Virus record (IMG/VR): IMGVR_UViG_3300043633_000017
Location: 1 to 29,546 of that record
Reading direction: 5' to 3' (one strand)
From: a virus
Taxonomy: Duplodnaviria; Caudoviricetes
Length of the DNA stretch: 29,546 nt
Notes under the pieces: model-generated
What the model was told of the DNA's origin: nothing
Database searches by the model: none
The model's input: only the letters and a program-made list of their open reading frames with translations
Made by a program: the position numbers and the translations under genes
Shown here: positions 15,391 through 23,740 of the stretch, one piece after another
Layout of the letters: each line of letters opens with the position of its first letter
How positions within the stretch are numbered: position 1 is the first letter of the stretch

Positions 15391-16082
15391 TAGAATCTCC
15401 TCCCCGGCAGCTGCGGTGTCCCGGCCTGCCCGATCGCCTTTACCTGAAAGAGGTCAGCCAAGGGAGTTAGGGAGGGGGATAACGGAGTACGTGTATTACG
15501 TTGCGGAGACACGTTATCCAAGGCGCTTACCAGGGCGTTCTCCAGGGGCGGCGAGGCGGCCCCAGTCGGTGTCTCCCGCAGCACCGGGTCATTTCCGGCA
15601 CTGCCATTTGTCAGTCTATCGGCCGCATCTTGGGCAAGCTTCGACAAATCGTAACGTGGATCAGGCGGCTGTGTCGCATTTGCTAGCACGGCTGCCGTGT
15701 CTCCGACGCTGGTGGTGGATGCCGAAGTGGGGGCACTACCCGACCTCGCCCCCAGAAGCTCGACATGCCACGGTTCATGCCCCATGGGAAAAGTAAGGCC
15801 ATACTTGGCCGCGTTGGCGTGCGCCCAGGCACGGGCCGCGTCGTCCTTGAACTGGAGGTCGGCCGCAAGCCGCATGTTGTGGCGGCTCTTGCCGGGCGGA
15901 GCCACCCAGTGTCTCGCCGCCCCCGGCGAGCCGTACTTCTGGACGGCTGCCTGGTAGAGTTCGGCCTGGTGCTCGGGCGATCGGTAGCCGCTGCCCACGG
16001 AGATGCCGGGGCTGGCCGCGAGGAACTGTTGCAGCGAGCCACCAAATTGAGGCGTGAAATCCTGAAAGCCCGAGAATGGCAT
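15390..16082 (-). CDS. M15-family Zn peptidase (VanY-like) with low-complexity tail
   Basis: SGYRSPEHQ, VAPPGKSRH, AADL, NAAKYGL, EPWHVE. Confidence 0.88.
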   Translation of the reverse strand: MPFSGFQDFTPQFGGSLQQFLAASPGISVGSGYRSPEHQAELYQAAVQKYGSPGAARHWVAPPGKSRHNMRLAADLQFKDDAARAWAHANAAKYGLTFPMGHEPWHVELLGARSGSAPTSASTTSVGDTAAVLANATQPPDPRYDLSKLAQDAADRLTNGSAGNDPVLRETPTGAASPPLENALVSALDNVSPQRNTRTPLSPSLTPLADLFQVKAIGQAGTPQLPGRRF

Positions 16083-16083
16083 G

Positions 16084-18306
16084 TCACTGACTCATCAAAA
16101 TCCGACCGGCCGCTTCCTGCTCGGCCCGCTGCCGCTGCCAGTCGCTCTCCAGATTGTTGTAGGCACCCTCCGCAGCCATGCCCTTGACGGCGAGCGACGG
16201 CCGGATGGCGTCCTTGAGGATTCCGGGCAGCGTCCTCGGTGCCTCGACGAGGCTCCTGACGATGTTCGGATTGGTCATCGTCCTGCCGAGTGCGTAGTTC
16301 GCGAGGGCACCGCCGACACCACCGACACCCAACCCGTAAAGTCCGGTCAGGACATCACCATGCGCGAGGCCAGCAGCGCCGCCAAGGATCGAACTCAGAG
16401 GGAGGCTGACGTTCGGAGCGACGCCCCTGCTGCCGCCCGGCAGGGTGCGCTTGCCCGCCCGCTGTGCGTCGGCAGCAGCCAGGAGAGCGACGTCCTCCAT
16501 GGCCTGATTGACTTCCGGGATGTCCCCGGTGAGCGTGGCCCGGTAGTCGGGGTCAACCTCGGTGAAGCCCTTGCGCGGGCCATGGATGTCGAACTCCTCC
16601 GGCTTCGGCTCGGAGACACCGGCACGGCCCGGCCCCCTGATGCCGAGGTCGAGCCGGTTCGCCAGGATGCGCGCCAAATCGTCCGGGTTGTTGCGCGCCA
16701 GCGGCTCGGTGGGTTCGACGGATTGCTTGCCGGTGCCGGAGAACACCTTGCCGTAGGCGGCCCCGGAATCCGGGGCCTCGGCGGCCTTGCGCATCTGCTT
16801 GATGTCTTCGTACTTGCCCTTGGTCTGCGCCTCCACCGTGTCGAACCGTGATGCGGGCACGCCCTGCGACTCGGCGGTGTCCTTCATCACCTCCGTCATG
16901 CCCTTGTAGCCCTCCTTGCTGAAGCCTTTCTTGATGGGCTGGTTCTGGTGCGTGAGGGTGTTGCCGACCTCGCTGCGGCGTCCCTTGACGGCGTTGTAGC
17001 TCGGGTCGGTGAGGACCGGGTCTCCGGTGACGGGGTCGATCAGCGGCTGCCCGGTGGCCGGGTCGATGCGCGGCGGCATGTTGCGCTTGAAGTCGTCGAT
17101 GATGCCCCTGATCTGGTCGCGCAGGCCCTCGTCGTGGACCTTGGTCATCAGCGTGTCCATACGGTCGAAGAACGCGGTCGGGTCGGCCGACGTGCTCGCG
17201 CCGACGTCGTTCTCAAGGTCCTGCTGCACCCTCTTGATGAAGTCCTCGGCGGTCTTGATCCCCTTCTGGGAGGCACCGGCCGTCTCGGCCCCGATGCTTT
17301 CCCTGGTGATCTGACCTGTCGACGGCTCCGGCGTGATGCTGCTGGCGCTGACCTTTCCGGTGGCCGGGTCGACGGTGCCGCTGCCACGGCCGCGCACGGT
17401 CTCGAACTGGTTGATCAGCGCCTGCTCAAGTCCAGTATAGAGTTGGGCGCGCGCCCTGAGAGCGGGCTGGCCGGAGACGACGGCACCCCCCGTGAAGTCC
17501 TGTAAGCGGTCCATGCCGCGCGAGCCGACGGTGCCGAGGTCGATCGGCAGCTGCTTGTCCGGCGGCAGGTTCTTGTTGAGGCGGTCGATGGCTTCAAGCT
17601 TGCCCCTGCTGGCGGCGTCTGTCGTCACCTTGCCGGTGACGGAGCGGCCACCGGCCGTGAGGAGACCCGGCAGGATGGCGGAGCCGAATGCCTCGCCCTC
17701 GACCCTGCCCTTCTCGCCGCCGATCATCTCGCCGACACCGCCACCGATCTCGCCGCCCGCGATCCCGGAAGTGCCGATGATCGCCGTGCGCGGCACCAGC
17801 ATCGCTGCCGCCGCAGGAGACGCAAGGCCACCCGTCGCTGCCTCCATCACGGCGATGGGGCCGAACACCGACGCCACGTCGCTGGTGCCCTCGTAACCCT
17901 TCGGCGCGGCCGGAAGGTTCTCGTCGTAGGCATTGGTCAGCGGGTGGACGTAGTTGCTCCCGGACACCGGCTGCCCGGCCAGCGACTTGACGTCATTGAC
18001 CAGCACGTTCCCGGCGCTGAGGGCGAGGTCGCCAAGCCCGGCGATGCCGCGCCCGGTGCCGTGCAGGGCTGCGGCCGGGTACTTCCATGCCTGGGTAAGC
18101 AGGCTGTCGTTATCGGCGTTTGGTTCCGGGTCCGCCGTGACGCTGGCCACGCCCGACACGTCGCCGCTCGGCACCTGCGCGCTGGGCTGCGACGCCTTGG
18201 CGTTGTAGCGGCTGACGTAGTTGTCGATCTCCTCCGGCGTGTACTGCTCGGTGTCGAACTCGGCCTCCCGCCCGTCGGCGAGTGTCTTGACGACCATAGC
18301 CATCAC
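16084..18306 (-). CDS. Internal virion / DNA ejection protein
   Basis: 740 aa, Gly/Ala-rich with hydrophobic glycine-zipper segments; position in the podovirus virion operon. Confidence 0.7.
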   Translation of the reverse strand: MMAMVVKTLADGREAEFDTEQYTPEEIDNYVSRYNAKASQPSAQVPSGDVSGVASVTADPEPNADNDSLLTQAWKYPAAALHGTGRGIAGLGDLALSAGNVLVNDVKSLAGQPVSGSNYVHPLTNAYDENLPAAPKGYEGTSDVASVFGPIAVMEAATGGLASPAAAAMLVPRTAIIGTSGIAGGEIGGGVGEMIGGEKGRVEGEAFGSAILPGLLTAGGRSVTGKVTTDAASRGKLEAIDRLNKNLPPDKQLPIDLGTVGSRGMDRLQDFTGGAVVSGQPALRARAQLYTGLEQALINQFETVRGRGSGTVDPATGKVSASSITPEPSTGQITRESIGAETAGASQKGIKTAEDFIKRVQQDLENDVGASTSADPTAFFDRMDTLMTKVHDEGLRDQIRGIIDDFKRNMPPRIDPATGQPLIDPVTGDPVLTDPSYNAVKGRRSEVGNTLTHQNQPIKKGFSKEGYKGMTEVMKDTAESQGVPASRFDTVEAQTKGKYEDIKQMRKAAEAPDSGAAYGKVFSGTGKQSVEPTEPLARNNPDDLARILANRLDLGIRGPGRAGVSEPKPEEFDIHGPRKGFTEVDPDYRATLTGDIPEVNQAMEDVALLAAADAQRAGKRTLPGGSRGVAPNVSLPLSSILGGAAGLAHGDVLTGLYGLGVGGVGGALANYALGRTMTNPNIVRSLVEAPRTLPGILKDAIRPSLAVKGMAAEGAYNNLESDWQRQRAEQEAAGRILMSQ

Positions 18307-21056
18307 TCAAGCTCCCCTGTCTTGGGGTTCGCATGCAGCCGCTGCTTCTTGTCACCTTTCGTCGGGGCTATCCAGTCGACGTCGATGCCGTTCATGGCAA
18401 GCTCCTCGTCGATCTTGCGCAGCACGTCCGGGTTCTGCTCGCTGCTGAGGGCGAGACGTGCAGCCTTCAGGTACTGGGTGCGGTTCTGGCGGGCGCTGGC
18501 GTAGTCGAGCGGGTCGTTGCTGCCCGACGGCATGGCGAAGCGGGCCTTGTAGTCGGCGACTTCGTTGGGGTTGACGGCCGCGCCGGACTCCGTGCGCTTC
18601 GGGGCATTGATGAACGTCAGGACGGCACGGCCGTACGCGCGTGTCTCGGGGTCGACGATCTTGTTGAGCACGGCCTCGTTGATGCCGGTGCGCGACCAGT
18701 CGTCGAGCGCCGTCTGGAAGGTGCCGGGGATCGGCTTCCCGCCGGGGCCGTACTCGTTAAGGATGGCCATCGCCGGGATGGATTCCATCAGGTGCTTGGT
18801 GCCCTGCGTGGCGCTGTCCGTGACCTGCTTGGTTTTTGCCTCGCCGAAGGTCGTGGTGACCATCTTGGGGACGCCCTCCCTGCCCTCGATGGTCTCGGTC
18901 TTCGACGGCGGCTTGCTGCCGGGATCGGTCCAGCCGCCGTTGTTCTTCACCGGCACCGTCTTGCCCTTGTTCGGACCGCGGACAGCCATGACCTGGACGG
19001 CCGATCCAGGCACGACAGGTTGCTCCGCGGCAAGCTTCTCGGCAGGGGACACTCCCGGTGTCTCCGCTGCCGCCGGGGGCTGCTGCGCTTGAGGTCCTGG
19101 GGTGAGCTGATCCGGCCTGCGGAACAGCGCATCGGGTGGCAGCTTGTACTTGGTCAGGGCCTGCTGCTCGCCGGTTCCCAGCTGGCTCACCGTGGTCTCC
19201 GGGTTGTTGAAGAAGTCCCACGACGCATTGTAGGAGCGCTGCTCCGTCGGGCTGATGGCCTTGCCCTCGTCCAGCTTCCTGTTGGTCGCGAGCAGGTTGT
19301 TGTAGTTGACGGCGTATTCGCTGGTGCCTTTCAACATCCCGCTGTTGTCCGTCTGTCCGGGCGCGATCATCAGGGTGCCGGGCGCTGCATTCGGGTCCGG
19401 GTCTTTCATGTAGGCGGTGTCGCCGATCTGGATGTACCCGCTCGACAGGGACTGCGGCGCGGCCTTCGCCACGTCGATGGCGTGCTGCGTGGCGACCTTG
19501 TCCTCGGACGTGATCTGCGTGGTGGTCGACGGCAGATTGCCGGTGGCCAGCATGGAGTTGATGCGCAGCCGGTCGATGTCGTGGATGTCGCCGTAGGTGA
19601 CGCCCAGCCCACCGGCCAGCTTGTTGAGGGCACCGGCCACGTCGCCGCCATTGGCGATGACCATGGCGGCGAGCGCCTGCGTGCCAGCTGCGTCCATCCG
19701 CGCCACCGGCTTGCCGGACTTGTCGTGGATGACGCCGACCTCGGGTTCCGGTCCCCTGACGTCGGCCGCTCCCGTGGCCTCGTCCGGGGTGATCGGCAGC
19801 GGCATGGGCGGCCCCTGGAGGGGTTCTCCTGGAATGGTTGCTGGCGTGATGGCGGGCGGTGTCTCCGCCGGGTAGTCGGGTGTGGGGCCTGCGGGCCTCG
19901 GAGGAAAAGGCCCCGACACCGCACGCCCTGGAATATCCGTGACCACTCCCTGCGGGGAGGAGCGCAGCGGTGGTTCTGGAGGAAGCGGAATTACGTCGGG
20001 GAAAGGATGCGAAGGCTCCGGCACATAGTCGAGCGTGTTCTCGTCGACCGGCGCACCGGCATCGAACGGGCTGACCGGCACCGGTTGCATGTCGAGCATG
20101 TTCTCGGTGCCGGGAGCGCCCTGCGGATTCCAGTTCGGAGCCGGTCCGGTGTCGAGCGTGTTCTCGTCGACAGGGTAGCCGGGGTCCCACGCCACGGGTG
20201 CCGGGGTCGTCTCCGGTGTCGGCGAGAAATAGTCGATGACGTCCTGGAGCGTGATGAAATTGTCGCCCGTCGCGCGGCTGATGTTGGGGTCTCCGCTCGG
20301 CTGGACAGGCCCGCTCGGCAACCGGCTGTCGTGGTAGTCCGGGAAGAAGTTCGGCTGCCCCTGCAACGGGTTGAACGGTACCTGCGGCGGCTCCACGATC
20401 TCGGGCGGAACACCCAAGAGGTCGCTGACCGAGAACGGCACCGCCTCGTTCGTGCTCGGGCCGTAGTCTGCCGCCCCGATGGGAGCTGGCATGTCGGGGT
20501 ACACGCCTGGGCGCGTGCCCAGCTCCGGCCCCCGGTCGGGAGGCATGAGGTCGGAGACACGAGGGAAGGTCGAGAGACGCAGGTCCGGCTCCGGCGGAGG
20601 AATATTATCCGGCTGGTCGGCTGGCTGCCCCTGGATCGGGCCGCCGGGACGCCCGGCCACCGGGGAGGCATAGCGGTCGGAGCCGATGATCGTGTCGATC
20701 GGGCGCGGGGCCGGGATCGCCACGGCGTCGGGGCTGGCGACCTCGACGGCCACGGGCGGCTCGGTGGTTCCCTCCGGGCCGATCGCGTCCTGAAGATACT
20801 GTCCGGCCGGACCGACGCCGCTCTGCGCGGCGCCCGTGCGCCACTCCTGATCGGCCGTCTTGGCATTGTTGAGGGCCGTCGCCGCTTCCTGCGCGCGCCG
20901 ATAGTACTCGTCGTTGACGAGGTCCGACTGGAGCCGCCGGATTTTGATCTCCGTCTCGGGGTCGCCGAACATGGCCTTGGCGAAGTCCGCGCCGAGGCTG
21001 GATTTGACCGCGAAGTCGTTCGACGGCGAGTTGATCTTCAGGCCCATGACGGCCAT
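18303..21056 (-). CDS. Large Pro-rich internal virion protein
   Basis: 917 aa, AGGAG RBS; long Pro/acidic low-complexity segment; C-terminal RTESGAAV. Confidence 0.75.
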   Translation of the reverse strand: MAVMGLKINSPSNDFAVKSSLGADFAKAMFGDPETEIKIRRLQSDLVNDEYYRRAQEAATALNNAKTADQEWRTGAAQSGVGPAGQYLQDAIGPEGTTEPPVAVEVASPDAVAIPAPRPIDTIIGSDRYASPVAGRPGGPIQGQPADQPDNIPPPEPDLRLSTFPRVSDLMPPDRGPELGTRPGVYPDMPAPIGAADYGPSTNEAVPFSVSDLLGVPPEIVEPPQVPFNPLQGQPNFFPDYHDSRLPSGPVQPSGDPNISRATGDNFITLQDVIDYFSPTPETTPAPVAWDPGYPVDENTLDTGPAPNWNPQGAPGTENMLDMQPVPVSPFDAGAPVDENTLDYVPEPSHPFPDVIPLPPEPPLRSSPQGVVTDIPGRAVSGPFPPRPAGPTPDYPAETPPAITPATIPGEPLQGPPMPLPITPDEATGAADVRGPEPEVGVIHDKSGKPVARMDAAGTQALAAMVIANGGDVAGALNKLAGGLGVTYGDIHDIDRLRINSMLATGNLPSTTTQITSEDKVATQHAIDVAKAAPQSLSSGYIQIGDTAYMKDPDPNAAPGTLMIAPGQTDNSGMLKGTSEYAVNYNNLLATNRKLDEGKAISPTEQRSYNASWDFFNNPETTVSQLGTGEQQALTKYKLPPDALFRRPDQLTPGPQAQQPPAAAETPGVSPAEKLAAEQPVVPGSAVQVMAVRGPNKGKTVPVKNNGGWTDPGSKPPSKTETIEGREGVPKMVTTTFGEAKTKQVTDSATQGTKHLMESIPAMAILNEYGPGGKPIPGTFQTALDDWSRTGINEAVLNKIVDPETRAYGRAVLTFINAPKRTESGAAVNPNEVADYKARFAMPSGSNDPLDYASARQNRTQYLKAARLALSSEQNPDVLRKIDEELAMNGIDVDWIAPTKGDKKQRLHANPKTGELE
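20028..20171 (-). repeat. Three intragenic repeats encoding (VD/GT)EN(T/M)LD
   Basis: gtcgagcgtgttctcgtcgac identical at 20028 and 20151; degenerate copy at 20091; spacings 63 and 60 bp. Confidence 0.8.
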
Positions 21057-21065
21057 GGCTGGCTC

Positions 21066-21878
21066 CTAGAAACGGGTGGTCATAGGAATTGCGGTGGTGG
21101 TCTGCGGCAGCTGCCACTTCGATGTCGGAATGATGTTGGTGGTCTGCGGCAGGTTGGCCCCCACCTCACCGCCGCTGAACGGGTTGCCGAAGGAACCGCC
21201 CATGCCCATCGAGCCGAAGCTGAGGGCCTGCGAGAAGATGCTGGCCAGCGGCGACGGCGTGTAGGTCACCTGCACCGGGTTGACGGCCTTCTCCCTCTCG
21301 AACGCGCCCAGCGAGCCACGGCGCTTCTCGTTGGCGAGATCGATCCCCTGTCCCGCCTGGGCCTGGAGGATCGGATTGTCGCGACCGAGACCGCCGAAGC
21401 TCTCGCCGAACGAGGAGACACGGGCCAGCGCCTTGATGCGCTGCTCGGCACCCTTGCTTGATTCGTGGACCTTCTTGGCGAGGTCGGTCTGGAAGTTCTC
21501 GTCGCCACCCTGCTGCCCCGACAGCAGGGTGGCGTCGGCTGCGGCAACCGGAGGCGCGCCACTCTCCGGGCTGGCGGTCGAAGCCTCGCTCTGCCCGAGG
21601 AGATAGTCCGCCAGACGCGCCTCCTCCTTGCCCTGCCTCTCTGTCTGCCCCTCGCCGCCGACCTGCTGCGCGCCCGCCTGCTGGGCCGCCTCGGCCTGCT
21701 GGCGCAGGTTCTCCTGCCGTCCCTGCTCGGCGACGCGGTCCTGCTTCTGCTTGGCCTGCCAGAGGTCGACCTCCTGCTTCTGTTTCTTCTGCGCGCCCAT
21801 CTGCCCGAAGGCGTTGGCGGCGGTGCCAGCGGCACCGACCACGGTCGAGGCTATCGACAGGCTTACCGGATCGCACAT
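21066..21878 (-). CDS. Internal virion protein (T7 gp14-like, MCDP N-terminus)
   Basis: MCDPVSLSIASTVVGAAGTA followed by a Q/A-rich coiled coil. Confidence 0.75.
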   Translation of the reverse strand: MCDPVSLSIASTVVGAAGTAANAFGQMGAQKKQKQEVDLWQAKQKQDRVAEQGRQENLRQQAEAAQQAGAQQVGGEGQTERQGKEEARLADYLLGQSEASTASPESGAPPVAAADATLLSGQQGGDENFQTDLAKKVHESSKGAEQRIKALARVSSFGESFGGLGRDNPILQAQAGQGIDLANEKRRGSLGAFEREKAVNPVQVTYTPSPLASIFSQALSFGSMGMGGSFGNPFSGGEVGANLPQTTNIIPTSKWQLPQTTTAIPMTTRF

Positions 21879-21885
21879 GGTCGCC

Positions 21886-22752
21886 TCACCCTACGATGCT
21901 GGTCGCCTGCCCGGCCTTGGGCAGTGCGCCGATGCGCTTCAGATATTCAGCGTTCTGAGCGCCCTTCATGTAGCCGGAGCCACCAATCGAGGCGATATCG
22001 AAGATCGCTCCCAGCGGCGTCAGGTCCGGTGTCTCCGAGGTGATGTCGCGGATCGCCGCGGTCGCCTGGTTGGCGGCCACCTCGGGGTTCTCGGTGGCGT
22101 ACAGCTGGGCCGCCGCCTTCTGCTCCTCGGCGGCGGCTCGTGATTTCAGGTCGCCCGTGGCGGTGTCGGTCTTGGAGAGCACTTCGGCGTCGCGCAGCAG
22201 TTTCTGGTTGGCCAGCTTGGCGGTCTCGGTGGCGGCGGTGTCGGAGCGCAGCTGCCCGGCACGCGCCAGATTGTAGGTCGTCTGGTCGCGGGCGTCGGCA
22301 TACTTCTCGGAGACCTGCGGCTGGTAGTAGTCGAGCATCCCCTGCTTGAACTTGTTGTAGAAATCGTCGCCGATGCCAGCCGAGGTGCCGGTCACGACCT
22401 GCTGGTCCGCCGTGGCCGCCGTCGTCGCGCCCGGCACGGTCTGGGTCACCCAGTGGCCGCCAGAACTTGGCTGCGACGTGCCGCCGCCAGTGCCGTGCGA
22501 AGCACCGCCAGCGATGGTCTGCTGGCCCGATGACGGAACCCACACCTGCTTGGTGGTCGCAGCCCCCGTGGATGCGGGCGTACCGGCGACGGTCTTGACG
22601 GTGTTGCCGCCGTGGAACAGCGCCTTGATGTTGGCCAGCCCGGTGTCGAGACGGCTCTGCCGCTGCGTCTCCTTGGCGCGGGCCTGGGCGGCTTCTTCCT
22701 CTTGCATCTGCACCATCTTGCGGGATGAACTGTCGTCGCTCTTGCCTCCCAT
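21886..22752 (-). CDS. Virion protein with MGG N-terminus
   Basis: GAGG RBS; MGGKSDDSS...; helical with a Thr/Gly-rich insert. Confidence 0.7.
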   Translation of the reverse strand: MGGKSDDSSSRKMVQMQEEEAAQARAKETQRQSRLDTGLANIKALFHGGNTVKTVAGTPASTGAATTKQVWVPSSGQQTIAGGASHGTGGGTSQPSSGGHWVTQTVPGATTAATADQQVVTGTSAGIGDDFYNKFKQGMLDYYQPQVSEKYADARDQTTYNLARAGQLRSDTAATETAKLANQKLLRDAEVLSKTDTATGDLKSRAAAEEQKAAAQLYATENPEVAANQATAAIRDITSETPDLTPLGAIFDIASIGGSGYMKGAQNAEYLKRIGALPKAGQATSIVG

Positions 22753-22761
22753 AGGAGCCTC

Positions 22762-23283
22762 CTAGAGTGCCCGGCCCATCATGGTGCCGATGACGTTGAA
22801 ACCAAGCTTGCGGAAGCTGTTCTCCAGCGCCCGCGCCGACCGTGTCTCCGACGCGATCGGCGCGTGGAAGGCGCATGCCCCGTCCTGTTGCGCCAATTGA
22901 AGCCCCAGCTCCATCAGGAGAGCCGGGACGGCCGTGCGGCGGTGCGCCTTGCCCACGAAGAAGGTGCCCATCACGGCGACAGGTCTCTTGGAGAAATTGT
23001 GGTCGAGCGTGTAGGCGAAGAAGCCGACGATCTCCTGGCTGTCGACCTCGATGGCGATCAGGAACACGCCCTGCCCGAACTCGATCTTGTCGTGCATCCA
23101 GCCGCGATAGCGGATTTCGTCAGGCTCGATGCCGCGGTCCTTGTAGTGCGCTTCTTCCCAGTGCTCCGGCCACAGGGCGACGATGCCGTCGACGTCGTCG
23201 ACGGTGGCCACGCGGAACGTGTAACGCTCCATCGTGTGGCGGTAGATGCTCTGGGAGAGGAGCCTTTCAATGGGGGCGTGCAT
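22762..23283 (-). CDS. GNAT-family acetyltransferase
   Basis: FRVATVDDV, EIVGFF, FFVGKAHRRT, FRKLGF; start uncertain (23283 or a downstream MERYTF). Confidence 0.8.
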   Translation of the reverse strand: MHAPIERLLSQSIYRHTMERYTFRVATVDDVDGIVALWPEHWEEAHYKDRGIEPDEIRYRGWMHDKIEFGQGVFLIAIEVDSQEIVGFFAYTLDHNFSKRPVAVMGTFFVGKAHRRTAVPALLMELGLQLAQQDGACAFHAPIASETRSARALENSFRKLGFNVIGTMMGRAL

Positions 23284-23740
23284 CCGGCTCGTCGCGCTGG
23301 AAAAGGAGGACGTCCTCCTGCCGGGTGCCAAAATCCCTGGATGTGGCCCTCGGCGTGAAACCGAGGTGGCGAAGCCAGATTTGCGATGCCCTGTTGTCCG
23401 GGTCGACGATGCAGACGGCCTTGCGGACGCCAGCATCCCGGAGCGCCGGTATCATAGTCCTGCGAATGAATTTCGTCACGGTCCCGACGGACTTGCAGCC
23501 GTCGTCGGTCTTGAAGCCCCAGACGAGGGCCGTGTCTCCCAGCTGCTTGGCCCCGAAGGCGAAGACCGGGAGAGCGTTGTCCAGTACCACGTACTTGAAC
23601 TCGCTCTCCCAGGCATCGTGCGCGAGCCGAACGTAGTCGTTCGGGTCCCTCGTCAGCGCAAGTTCGTTCCAGTCGGACTCGCACATCCAGACGCCCACGT
23701 AAAGCAGATCATCCATGGTCGGCTGGTTGACCGTCTTCAT
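23267..23740 (-). CDS. GNAT-like virion assembly protein (T7 gp13-like)
   Basis: MCESDWNEL, PVFAFG, VWGFKTD, NRASQIWLRHLGF; follows the nozzle gene. Confidence 0.75.
   Translation of the reverse strand: MKTVNQPTMDDLLYVGVWMCESDWNELALTRDPNDYVRLAHDAWESEFKYVVLDNALPVFAFGAKQLGDTALVWGFKTDDGCKSVGTVTKFIRRTMIPALRDAGVRKAVCIVDPDNRASQIWLRHLGFTPRATSRDFGTRQEDVLLFQRDEPDARPH

Noticed and set aside
18333-21461. 1042-aa plus-strand ORF
   Set aside because: Antisense shadow of the real virion genes; long stop-free antisense frames are expected with high GC3, and it has no motifs
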